This document shows positions 55,577 through 64,000 of a stretch of DNA of 64,000 nucleotides, piece after piece. Under the pieces are notes generated by a model. The model saw only the letters and a program-made list of their open reading frames with translations. It was not told the origin of the DNA and made no database searches. Each line of letters begins with the position of its first letter. The first letter of the stretch is position 1. The position numbers were made by a program, and so were the translations under genes. The stretch is from Candidatus Falkowbacteria bacterium GW2011_GWF2_43_32 (GTDB lineage: Bacteria; Patescibacteriota; Patescibacteriia; Patescibacteriales; UBA12465): positions 3,139 to 67,138 of the forward strand of contig LCGL01000001.1 of NCBI GenBank assembly GCA_000999715.1, in the 5' to 3' direction.

Positions 55577-55903
55577 ATGTTCCAGCAAATTATCGCTCTG
55601 GCCATCATCTTTTTTTTCGTTCTGCGTTTATTGAGCCAGAAGAAAAAAAACCAGCTTAGCACCAACGAATTCGCTTTATGGCTGACTTTCTGGTTGCTCG
55701 CGGCGACGGCAATAATTTTTATCAGACAAATCGACCGCTTGGTGGCCTGGCTCGGTTTTTCCGGCACCGGCATCAATTTCCTGATTTATCTGGCTGTCTT
55801 GGTTTTGTTCTATTTGGTTTTCCGCTTACGTTTGACTTTCGCCAAAATGGATCGTCATTTGACGGACATCGCCCGCCAAATCACTTTAAACGACAAAAAA
55901 TAA
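55577..55903 (+). CDS. DUF2304-like small membrane protein
   Basis: 108 aa, three TM helices, directly after a GT2 gene as is typical for this family. Confidence 0.6.
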   Translation: MFQQIIALAIIFFFVLRLLSQKKKNQLSTNEFALWLTFWLLAATAIIFIRQIDRLVAWLGFSGTGINFLIYLAVLVLFYLVFRLRLTFAKMDRHLTDIARQITLNDKK

Positions 55904-55906
55904 CTT

Positions 55907-57049
55907 ATGAAAATCGCCCAAGTCGTCTGCGCCTTTCCGCCTTATGCCGGCGGCATCGGTAACAGCGCTTTTGAAATCGGCAAAATTTTGGCGACGCGGC
56001 ATCAGGTCGTTAATTTCACGCCGCACAATCTCAAACCGTGGTTCAAATATGGCCACGGCGCTTTTTTACCGCAATTACTCGGCAAATTGCGAAACTTCGA
56101 TTACATTTATTTGCATTATCCTTTTTTCGGTACGGCGGAAATCGTCTGGCTCTTAAAATTATTCTGCCGTCGGCCCAAGCTGATCATTCATTATCATATG
56201 GATGTCAAAAATTCCGATTGGTTGGCCAAACTTTTAAGTCTGCCCGATTGGTTCATCCGCCGTTCCCTGTTTCGCCAGGCGGACGCGATTGTCGGCGCCA
56301 GCCTGGACTACATCGCTCAAAGCAAAATAAAAAAATACTATCGTCGCCATCCGGAAAAATTCCGTGAAATTCCTTTCGGCGTTGATTTGAAAAAATTTCG
56401 GCCTAAACTGATCAACCGTCCGACCGACGGCTCCATTGTCGCTCGCGCTCAAGAAATCGTCCATTACATCAACGATAAGTTCATCAAAAAAGATCGCCTG
56501 GATTTGTTGTTCGTCGGCGGTTTGGACGCGGCCCACTATTTTAAAGGCTTGGACATTTTATTGAAAGCGTTGGCGGAGATGACGACCCGCCCCTGGCGAC
56601 TGACAGTCATCGGCAGTGGCGACCGGCAAAAAAATTACGAATCTTTGGCCCGCCGCTTGAATCTGAATAAACGCATAGATTTTCGCGGCAAACTGGCAGA
56701 GACCGATTTGATTCGCGCCTATCAAAACGCCGATTTGCTGATTTTACCGTCAATCAACAGCAACGAGGCTTTCGGTTTGGTATTGATTGAAGCCCTGGCC
56801 TGCGGCGTGCCGGTGATCGCTTCCGATTTGCCGGGCGTGCGGCGCGTTTTTGACAGTCATAAACAAGGGCTGTTGATCGCACCGGGAAACGCGGCGGATT
56901 TAAAAAAGAAATTGGAATTCATTTTTAACAATGAAGAAATGCGTCGCGTCATGTCGTTGGCGGCGCGTCGACTGGCGGAAGAAAAATATGATTTGAAAAT
57001 GATGGAAGAAAAATTAATGGCCTTATATGAAAATCGGTCTCATACATAA
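55907..57049 (+). CDS. Family 4 (GT-B) glycosyltransferase
   Basis: C-terminal EAFGLVLIEALACGVPVIASD motif. Confidence 0.85.
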   Translation: MKIAQVVCAFPPYAGGIGNSAFEIGKILATRHQVVNFTPHNLKPWFKYGHGAFLPQLLGKLRNFDYIYLHYPFFGTAEIVWLLKLFCRRPKLIIHYHMDVKNSDWLAKLLSLPDWFIRRSLFRQADAIVGASLDYIAQSKIKKYYRRHPEKFREIPFGVDLKKFRPKLINRPTDGSIVARAQEIVHYINDKFIKKDRLDLLFVGGLDAAHYFKGLDILLKALAEMTTRPWRLTVIGSGDRQKNYESLARRLNLNKRIDFRGKLAETDLIRAYQNADLLILPSINSNEAFGLVLIEALACGVPVIASDLPGVRRVFDSHKQGLLIAPGNAADLKKKLEFIFNNEEMRRVMSLAARRLAEEKYDLKMMEEKLMALYENRSHT

Positions 57050-58088
57050 TTTATACGGACAATTCAGCCGCGGCGGCGCCGAAACCGTCGTGGAAATGAT
57101 GTTAAACGAACTCCGGCAAAGCGGCCATGAAGTTTTTTTAATCAGCACGCGTCCGCTTGATCGCCCCCGGGACAAAAATCAAAATTCGACGACGCAAGCT
57201 TTTAAAATTTATGACCGACCTTCCCGATTTTACCGGCTGGCCGAAATGCCCAAATGGCGACGCTTGCTTTGGCACGGCGGTCAACTGTTTTTTCCGACGA
57301 AGCGACAAATCCGGAAAATTCTGCTGACAGAAAAACCGGATCTGATAATCACGCACAACTTGTCGGGCCTGGGATTCCGTCTGCCAATCATGCTGAGAAA
57401 ATTAAAAATTCGTCATGAACATTTCCTTCACGACATCCAACTGCTTCACCCCTCCGGCTTACTGCTTTGGGGACAAGAAAAAAAACTTGAGACCCGATCG
57501 GCCAAAATATATCAAGCGCTCACTCGCGCCTATTTTGCTTCACCGGCAAAAATAATTTCTCCGTCTCGCTGGCTGTTGGAAACGCACCGACAACGCGGTT
57601 TCTTCAAAAATTCGGCTACCGAGATTCGACCTTTCCGCTGGCCGCAGTCCGCGGAACAACGTCAAATCACGGACAAAACCGCCAAACATTTTCTGTTTGT
57701 CGGCCAAATTGAAGAACAAAAAGGCGTCTTCCTGCTGATTAAGGCGTTTCGAAAATTGACCGATCCCGACGTCAGCCTGACTTTTGCCATTCGGAACGGC
57801 GGCCAAAAAATAACGGCGGCCCAAAAAGCCGCCGCCGGCGACACCAGAATCAAATTTCTGGGACCGCTCAGTTATGAAGAAACCAAAAAAATCATGTTAA
57901 CCGGCGATTGTCTGGTCGTGCCTTCCTTATGTTATGAAAATTCACCCACGGTCATTTACGGCGCTCAGTCCGTCAATTTGCCGGTTCTCGCCGCCGCCAT
58001 CGGCGGCATTCCGGAAATAATCGGACCGCGCGATCGTTTGTTCCGACCGGGAGACGAAAGCGATTTGTTAAAAAAACTGGCCGCCTAG
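57027..58088 (+). CDS. Family 4 (GT-B) glycosyltransferase
   Basis: GGAETVV N-terminus, ENSPTVIYGAQSVNLPVLAAAIGGIPE; overlaps the upstream GT by 23 nt. Confidence 0.8.
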   Translation: MKIGLIHNLYGQFSRGGAETVVEMMLNELRQSGHEVFLISTRPLDRPRDKNQNSTTQAFKIYDRPSRFYRLAEMPKWRRLLWHGGQLFFPTKRQIRKILLTEKPDLIITHNLSGLGFRLPIMLRKLKIRHEHFLHDIQLLHPSGLLLWGQEKKLETRSAKIYQALTRAYFASPAKIISPSRWLLETHRQRGFFKNSATEIRPFRWPQSAEQRQITDKTAKHFLFVGQIEEQKGVFLLIKAFRKLTDPDVSLTFAIRNGGQKITAAQKAAAGDTRIKFLGPLSYEETKKIMLTGDCLVVPSLCYENSPTVIYGAQSVNLPVLAAAIGGIPEIIGPRDRLFRPGDESDLLKKLAA

Positions 58089-58102
58089 GCCAGTTTTCTT
58101 TA

Positions 58103-59125
58103 TTATCCGCCCAAGCCTTGCAATCTTTTATGCGCCTCGATATCGAAAATGGTTTTTTTCAAGCCGTTTTCCAAAGTGACCACCGGCATCCAACCCAATT
58201 CATTTTTGGCCAAACGAATATCCGGCAAAACCAACTCCGAAAAGAATAGTTTGCCGTCGGCATAAGTGATTGAGGATTGCGAGCCGGTTTCTTTAATGAT
58301 AATCTTGACCAAATCGGTCAAATTGACGTCCACATCGGAACCGATATTGATCGGTCCGGCCAAATCGGAATTCATAAATTTAAAAATGGCATCCAAGGCG
58401 TCGCTGATATAACAAAAAGAAGAAGAAAAATCGGTGTCGCCGGCAATCGTAATATCTTTGTTGTCCAAAGCGGCAGTAATATAATCGGGAATCATTTGGT
58501 CATCGTTGGCTTCCAAGCGCGGACCGTAAATGCGAAATAAACGAATGATTCGAGCATCGATGTTATGAATGGCGCGATAATTGGACACCATCGTTTCGGC
58601 AAAACGCTTCCCTTCGTCATAAGCACTGCGCTCGGATAATTGATCCACAAACCCCAAATCGCTTTCCTTGGCTTGCTTGCCGCGAGCTTCGCTCTGGCGC
58701 GGCCCGTAAACCACCGAAGAAGAAAATTGCAACAATTTGGAATTATATTTGACGGCCAAATCCAAAAGATTTTTAACCGCATACGAATTGGCCAAAAGGG
58801 TCGCCAAACGATTCTCCAAAAAATTCCGCGGCGACATCGGACAGGCGAGATTATAAATCTCTTGCAAGCCCTGAAATTCAATCTTAAATTTTTTCAAACC
58901 GGCCTGCGCTTCCAAATCCAGCGGTTGCGACAAGTCGTGATTGATAAAAACGAAATTCGGATTGGCCAGAAGATGATCAATATTGCGCTCACTGCCGGTC
59001 ACAAAGTTGTCTACGCAAATTACTTTATCGGTTTTAACCAATTCGTCGCAAAGATGCGAACCGATAAACCCGGCGCCGCCGGCGACCAGAACATTCTTTT
59101 TGTCGAAAATAACTTGTTTGGACAT
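58103..59125 (-). CDS. NAD-dependent epimerase/dehydratase, UDP-glucuronate decarboxylase (UXS)-like
   Basis: GGAGFIGSHLCDEL, VDNFVTGS, YDEGKRFAETM (YxxxK). Confidence 0.8.
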   Translation of the reverse strand: MSKQVIFDKKNVLVAGGAGFIGSHLCDELVKTDKVICVDNFVTGSERNIDHLLANPNFVFINHDLSQPLDLEAQAGLKKFKIEFQGLQEIYNLACPMSPRNFLENRLATLLANSYAVKNLLDLAVKYNSKLLQFSSSVVYGPRQSEARGKQAKESDLGFVDQLSERSAYDEGKRFAETMVSNYRAIHNIDARIIRLFRIYGPRLEANDDQMIPDYITAALDNKDITIAGDTDFSSSFCYISDALDAIFKFMNSDLAGPINIGSDVDVNLTDLVKIIIKETGSQSSITYADGKLFFSELVLPDIRLAKNELGWMPVVTLENGLKKTIFDIEAHKRLQGLGG

Positions 59126-59138
59126 ATAAAAACTGCTA

Positions 59139-61175
59139 TTAATTAGACACCTTTATTATACCAATATTCACGCCGCCGTTAAAGCCTTCTTCCCAAGCAT
59201 AGAAAGATTCCAGCAATGTGCCGGCACCGTCGAAAGAACGGACATGCGGTGCGGCTCCCGGTCGGGCGCCGACCAAAATCTCGGCGCGGCCGTCGTTATC
59301 CAAATCGCCGGCGGCCAGATTGACGCCGCCCTGCCAAGCGCGACCGTAAGCCAAAAATTGCTTTTTCATAATCGCGTGATGATCGAAAATTTTAATCAAC
59401 GGTTCTCGCCCCTTGCCGGGAGCGACGATTATTTCCGCTTTACCGCGATCTCGGCGACCGTCTAAATTCGCCACCGCCACCGACACGCCGCCGCGAAAAC
59501 TTTTTTCGTACGGCGCGAAGGCGCTTAATATCCGACCGGCCGGCGTAAAAATTTTAATCAAGGGTTCGCGTCCAGCGCCGTAAGCGACGACTATTTCCTG
59601 ATTGCCTTTGCCGTCCAAATCGCCGACGGCCACATCCAATCCTCCCCGCCAAGAGCGACTATCCGCAAAAAATTGTTTTTTTAATTTGCCGCCGGCATCA
59701 AAAATCCGCACTTGACCGTTGCCGCCCGAAGCCTGGGCGACAATAATTTCCGCCCGATCGTCGCCGTCGACATCAGCCGCGGCCACGCTGACGCCGCCGC
59801 GAAAATTTTTATCAAACACCAAAAATTCTTTCAATAATTTGCCGTCCAGGTTAAAAATTTTCACCTGCGGTTCTTGTCCGACGCCGGCCGCCACAATCAA
59901 TTCTTCCGCTCCGTCACCGTTAATATCCCCAGCCGCCAAATCAAATCCGCTTTTAATGCCCGCGGCCGAAAACTTTTCCACTAAATTGCCGTTGGCCGCT
60001 CTGATTTCCGGACTCTTGTCCGCCCCCTTAATCTCGCTGTCGGCTAAAAGCACTATACGTCCCACGCGACTGTACAGACTTTCTTTGGCCAATTCCACGG
60101 CGCGATCCACATTCAAACGGCCGTTACCCAGTTGGCCCGGATAATCCGGATTCAAGCGGGTAATATTGTCGGTGGAAGCGAATAGAATATTGACAATTTC
60201 CCGCCGGCTCAAACTGGGGTCGGCCGTGGCGATTAACGCCAAAGTGGCGGACACCAAAGGCGCCGCCATGGAAGTGCCCGACCAATAACCGTCGTAAATA
60301 TTTTGCGGATTTTCCAAATCACTGCCGATACTGGTCGCTCCGAAAAAACTGATGCCCGGCGCGACAATATCCACGCAACGGGAACCGTAACTGGAAAATT
60401 TGGCTTTCTGATCCAAAGCATCGGTAGCCGCTACGCCGATAACCATATTCTCTCCCCAGGCGCCGTCATAACAAGCCGGATAAATCGGAGTTTGATCGAT
60501 GTTATAACCCTCGCCGGCCGCTTGCTCGTTTCCGGCGGCGGCGACAACCATTACTCCGGCTTGATGAGCCCGCTTCACCGCCTCTTGCAAAGATTCATTA
60601 TAAGTAAAACTCACGAAGCTCAAATTGATAATATCGGCGCCGTTATTGACCGCGTAATCGATGGCTCGCACCACGTCGCTCGTCTTCCCCTCGCCTTTGT
60701 CGTTCAAAGCTTTCAAGGGCATAAGTTTGGCCTCCCAAGTGACTCCGGCAATTCCCTGACTGTTGTTGCCGCGAGCGGCAATCACTCCGGCCACCGCCGT
60801 TCCGTGCGTCACGCCGGCTTCCGTCCAACCGGGAATAAATTTCGGCGACGGATCGGAAGTATTATCGGTGAAATCCCAGCCGTTTACATCATCGATAAAA
60901 CCGTTGCGATCGTCGTCAATTCCGTTGCCGGCAATCTCCCGGGAATTGGTCCAAATATTATCGCGTAAATCGGGATGACTGATTTGCAGACCGGAGTCAA
61001 TGATCGCGATAACGACGTCCGGACTGGCGGAAATTTTGTCCCAAGCACTATCGGCTTTGATTTTCATCAAATACCATTGATTGCCGTAATAAGGATCGTT
61101 CGGCGTAATGTCGGCCAAAACCGGCTCAACCAAAAATAGCGAGAGAATAAAAAAAGATGTTATCAGTTTTTTCAT
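59139..61175 (-). CDS. Secreted S8 (subtilisin-like) peptidase fused to an FG-GAP/VCBS-type repeat propeller
   Basis: Signal peptide MKKLITSFFILSLFLVEPVLA; catalytic triad in IDSG, HGTAVAG, GTSMAAP; about 7 repeats of GDxDGDGxxEIxV..G..P.V..F. Confidence 0.85.
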   Translation of the reverse strand: MKKLITSFFILSLFLVEPVLADITPNDPYYGNQWYLMKIKADSAWDKISASPDVVIAIIDSGLQISHPDLRDNIWTNSREIAGNGIDDDRNGFIDDVNGWDFTDNTSDPSPKFIPGWTEAGVTHGTAVAGVIAARGNNSQGIAGVTWEAKLMPLKALNDKGEGKTSDVVRAIDYAVNNGADIINLSFVSFTYNESLQEAVKRAHQAGVMVVAAAGNEQAAGEGYNIDQTPIYPACYDGAWGENMVIGVAATDALDQKAKFSSYGSRCVDIVAPGISFFGATSIGSDLENPQNIYDGYWSGTSMAAPLVSATLALIATADPSLSRREIVNILFASTDNITRLNPDYPGQLGNGRLNVDRAVELAKESLYSRVGRIVLLADSEIKGADKSPEIRAANGNLVEKFSAAGIKSGFDLAAGDINGDGAEELIVAAGVGQEPQVKIFNLDGKLLKEFLVFDKNFRGGVSVAAADVDGDDRAEIIVAQASGGNGQVRIFDAGGKLKKQFFADSRSWRGGLDVAVGDLDGKGNQEIVVAYGAGREPLIKIFTPAGRILSAFAPYEKSFRGGVSVAVANLDGRRDRGKAEIIVAPGKGREPLIKIFDHHAIMKKQFLAYGRAWQGGVNLAAGDLDNDGRAEILVGARPGAAPHVRSFDGAGTLLESFYAWEEGFNGGVNIGIIKVSN

Positions 61176-61250
61176 ATAACATCTATATAATATCATATTA
61201 TGATTATTTATAAAACCTCGTTTTATCCGTTCCGACTGCCGCCAAACGAC

Positions 61251-62462
61251 CTAGCAAGTCTCTATTTCTTTCAAGGTTTCACGGGCGCATTTTTCCCAAC
61301 TGAAGGCTTTCGCCCGCTCCAGTCCTTTAGTAATCAGTCGGCGGCGCAATTCGGCCTCGCTGACAATCCTTCTCATCGCCGTCGCGATGGCATATTTGTC
61401 GTGTTGATTGAAATACAATACACCCTCCCCGGCGATTTCTCTTAACACCGGCAAATCGGAAACGGCGGCGGGCACGCCGCAAGCCATTGCCTGCACCACC
61501 GGCAAACCGAAGCCTTCATGTTTGGAAGGAAAAATAAAGGCGCTAGCGGCGTTGAAAATATAAGGCAGATCGGCCTCGCTCACCCAACCGGGCATAATCA
61601 CTTCATCGTTCAAATTAAATTCTTCGATTGAATATTCAATTTCGTCAAAACCGAAACCGGCATCGCCGATTAAAACCAACTTGGCCTTGATTTCCGGATG
61701 ATGATCGCGAAGAATGGCTAGAGCCTCCACCAAAGCGGAAACGTTCTTTTTCTTTTCCAAGCGACCGACATATAAAAAGTAGAGATCCGGCAATTCATAT
61801 TTGCGCAAAACCGCCTGCGTCTTTTCCGGTTCGTTTATCGGCCGAAATAACTCGCGCACATAACCGTTGTGGACTACGGCGATCTTGTCTTTCGGAGTGT
61901 GCGGATAAAAATCCAAGATTTCCCGACGGGTAAATTCGGAAACGGCGATAATTTTGCGCGCATGTCGCAAAGAAAACGCCGTCGACCAATAAAGATAATC
62001 CACCGATCGGGAGCTGTATTTGCCGAGAGTCAAAGATTTCACCGACAAATCGAGCAAACGTTGCGAGCCGGGACGAATATCTCTGACTTTCCAGGAATGA
62101 TACAGATTTTGTTCGCGAACAAAAGCGATATCATGAATGGTGTTGATGGTTTTGCGCGGACCGAAAAGCGGCAAAGCGTGCGCCGGAATAAAAAGGACGT
62201 CCGGACGACGCCACAACATTTCCAGGGTCAAACGACCCAAAGTCCAAAAATAACGCACCGGCCAATTCAATAACCGAAAAGAAAAATTCGGATTATCTTG
62301 AATCGCTTCCCGCAATTCTTTGACGGGCGGGCGATTCACATAAAGCCAATAAGTATTTTTTTTATCGATCGCCGCCAAACTCTTAATCAAATAAAAAGAA
62401 TACCATTCCGTACCGGTCTTATGTTGAAGATTGGCGCGCGAAGCGTCGATGCCGATAATCAT
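61251..62462 (-). CDS. Family 4 (GT-B) glycosyltransferase
   Basis: HEGFGLPVVQAMACGVPAAVSD. Start at ATG 62462 (MIIGIDAS), because the longer ORF overlaps mreB. Confidence 0.8.
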   Translation of the reverse strand: MIIGIDASRANLQHKTGTEWYSFYLIKSLAAIDKKNTYWLYVNRPPVKELREAIQDNPNFSFRLLNWPVRYFWTLGRLTLEMLWRRPDVLFIPAHALPLFGPRKTINTIHDIAFVREQNLYHSWKVRDIRPGSQRLLDLSVKSLTLGKYSSRSVDYLYWSTAFSLRHARKIIAVSEFTRREILDFYPHTPKDKIAVVHNGYVRELFRPINEPEKTQAVLRKYELPDLYFLYVGRLEKKKNVSALVEALAILRDHHPEIKAKLVLIGDAGFGFDEIEYSIEEFNLNDEVIMPGWVSEADLPYIFNAASAFIFPSKHEGFGLPVVQAMACGVPAAVSDLPVLREIAGEGVLYFNQHDKYAIATAMRRIVSEAELRRRLITKGLERAKAFSWEKCARETLKEIETC

Positions 62463-62493
62463 AATATAAAAAACTAACTGAAAATAATTTTTA

Positions 62494-63501
62494 TTATTTG
62501 GTCGCCAAAATACTGCGCTTATAAGAATCCAAATTATCCAAAGCGATACCGGTGCCTTTGGCGACGCAGAGCATGGCATCGTCGGCCACGTAGGCGGACA
62601 CGCCGGTGGTGCGGGAAATCAACTGGTCGATATTGCGCAGCAGCGCACTGCCGCCGGTCAACACAATTCCTTTATCTATAATATCGGCCGACAATTCCGG
62701 CGGCGTTTTATGCAAAACTTTCTTGGCCGCCGCGATAATCGCTTCCAGTTCATTTTGAATCGCCTCCGTCACGTCGTCGGAACTGACCGTAATACTGCGC
62801 GGCAAGCCGGTGACGATATCGCGACCGCGCGTTTCCAAATATAATTTATCTTCCATATATAAAGCCGAACCGATATTGATTTTAATCTCTTCGGCCGTGC
62901 GTTCGCCGATGGCCAAATTATATTTTTTGCGGACATATTCCAAAATCGCCGCGTCAAATTTATTGCCGCCGACCCGCACCGAAGTGGAGGCAACGATACC
63001 GCCCAAAGAAATCACCGCCATTTCCGCGGTTCCGCCGCCGATATCAATCACCATGTGCCCGGTGGACGAACCGATGGGAATATCGGCGCCGATGGCGGCC
63101 GCCACCGGCTCTTTAATAATATAAGCCGCTTTCGCACCGGCGGCGATAGTCGCCTCGATAACCGCCCGCCGTTCCGTGGAAGAAATTCCGGCCGGTACCG
63201 CCACCATCACTTCCGGACGAAACAAGCGAATGCCGCCCAGAGTCTTATTGATAAAATAACGAATCATCGCCTCGGTCGCGCGATAGTCGGCAATAACGCC
63301 GTCTTTTAAGGGACGAACGGCCATAATCGTATCCGGCGTTCGGCCAATCATGTCTTTCGCTTCGTTGCCGACCGCCAAAATTTTCTTATCGTCAAGAGAA
63401 ACCGCCACCACGGAAGGTTCGTTAATAACGATGCCGCGGCGCGGCAAATGAATCAAAGTATAGGTTGTTCCGAGATCGATCCCGATTCTTTTTATAAACA
63501 T
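62494..63501 (-). CDS. mreB: Rod shape-determining protein MreB
   Basis: GIDLGTTYT, actin-fold phosphate and adenosine motifs; 335 aa. Confidence 0.95.
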   Translation of the reverse strand: MFIKRIGIDLGTTYTLIHLPRRGIVINEPSVVAVSLDDKKILAVGNEAKDMIGRTPDTIMAVRPLKDGVIADYRATEAMIRYFINKTLGGIRLFRPEVMVAVPAGISSTERRAVIEATIAAGAKAAYIIKEPVAAAIGADIPIGSSTGHMVIDIGGGTAEMAVISLGGIVASTSVRVGGNKFDAAILEYVRKKYNLAIGERTAEEIKINIGSALYMEDKLYLETRGRDIVTGLPRSITVSSDDVTEAIQNELEAIIAAAKKVLHKTPPELSADIIDKGIVLTGGSALLRNIDQLISRTTGVSAYVADDAMLCVAKGTGIALDNLDSYKRSILATK

Positions 63502-63524
63502 AAAAACGATAAAAACAAAAAATT

Positions 63525-63557
63525 AACCTTAAATCATCTTAGTATTTTTTAAGGGTT
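63525..63557 (-). terminator. Rho-independent terminator between the response regulator gene and mreB
   Basis: On the minus strand, AACCCUUAAA-14 nt-UUUAAGGUU followed by AAUUUUUUGUUUUU. Confidence 0.5.
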
Positions 63558-63574
63558 TAGTCAATCAAACGACC

Positions 63575-63988
63575 CTATTCTTCATAGTCGCGTTCTTCGG
63601 TTTTTTCTTGATTGGCGATAATTTTTTTCACTTTTTCCGCGAACTCAAAAGTATCAAATTCTTCTTTGAAAAAAACATAATCCGCCCCCAGATCCAAACT
63701 GCGCTGACGGCTGTCTTCGTCGCTTAAATCGGTAAAAATAAAAATTTGTCGGTCATCAAGTTCATCGTCCGCTTTCATTTTTTTGATAATTTCAAAACCG
63801 TCCACTTTCGGTAAAATCAAATCCAGGACCACATAATCGGGATCGAAGTCGCGCATCCTGGTCAAGAGCTCCTCCAGTTCTTCTTCGCCGGTAGAAGTTT
63901 CCACTTGGAACTCGCCGAATTCGAATTGCGCTTCCAAGCCGTAAAGCAGATTGGCGTCGTCCTCAATAATAAATATTTTTTTATTCAT
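63575..63988 (-). CDS. Stand-alone response regulator receiver domain protein (CheY-like)
   Basis: IFIIEDD, VVLDLILPKVDG (phospho-acceptor Asp), IFTDL; no output domain. Confidence 0.85.
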   Translation of the reverse strand: MNKKIFIIEDDANLLYGLEAQFEFGEFQVETSTGEEELEELLTRMRDFDPDYVVLDLILPKVDGFEIIKKMKADDELDDRQIFIFTDLSDEDSRQRSLDLGADYVFFKEEFDTFEFAEKVKKIIANQEKTEERDYEE

Positions 63989-64000
63989 ACCGATAAAATT

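Noticed and set aside
1-64000. Search for tRNA, rRNA, tmRNA, RNase P, CRISPR arrays, transposases, integrases and alternative genetic code
   Set aside because: No T-arm (GGTTCGAATCC-like) or cloverleaf-compatible segments were seen in any spacer, and there are no long non-coding stretches. No repeat-spacer arrays or recombinase-like ORFs were found. All conserved genes read through with the standard code and RF2 is present.

Overview
The window looks like a reduced, Patescibacteria/CPR-like bacterial chromosome; that placement is an inference from gene content, not a database hit. Genes are densely packed, and all but six protein-coding genes are on the minus strand. In minus-strand order it holds: a response regulator, mreB, a cell-envelope glycosylation cluster and a secreted S8 protease; then a divergent plus-strand GspE-like/glycosyltransferase operon, an mraY-ftsW-murG-murC-ABC-murB block and alaS. 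Next come the infA-rpmJ-rpsM-rpsK-rpsD-rpoA-rplQ cluster, rplM-rpsI, prfB, comEC, rpmB (plus strand), an M50 protease and the rpsL-rpsG-fusA-tuf-S10-spc run ending in secY. The rest is map, ruvX, recO, aspS, asnS, scpAB, a DD-carboxypeptidase, dnaG, rpoD and a MacA-like adaptor. I found no rRNA, tRNA, CRISPR array, transposase or integrase. The standard genetic code fits: ORFs are intact and RF2 is present. Three things stand out. (1) An accessory segment of about 3.1 kb (753-3925), AT-rich except for one GC-rich gene (judged by eye), separates the adaptor from its presumed MacB-type ATPase partner. It carries an orphan PemK/MazF-like toxin and a tight trio of MazG-like NTP pyrophosphohydrolase, GIY-YIG + DUF2075-type P-loop NTPase and T4-EndoV-like glycosylase, which I flag as a candidate undescribed defence or DNA-surveillance module. 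(2) A family of long intergenic hairpin elements (about 120-130 nt) has three clear copies and one degenerate one. Their stems covary, the internal loops are conserved, G.U pairs favour the plus strand (antisense to the operons), and one internal loop resembles a kink-turn. (3) There are several departures from canonical ribosomal-operon organisation: unknown ORFs between fusA and tuf and in the usual adk slot, no L30, long low-complexity extensions on ribosomal proteins, RpoA without a recognisable alpha-CTD, and almost no Shine-Dalgarno motifs. All functional calls rest on motifs recognised by eye in the supplied translations plus synteny. No searches were run.
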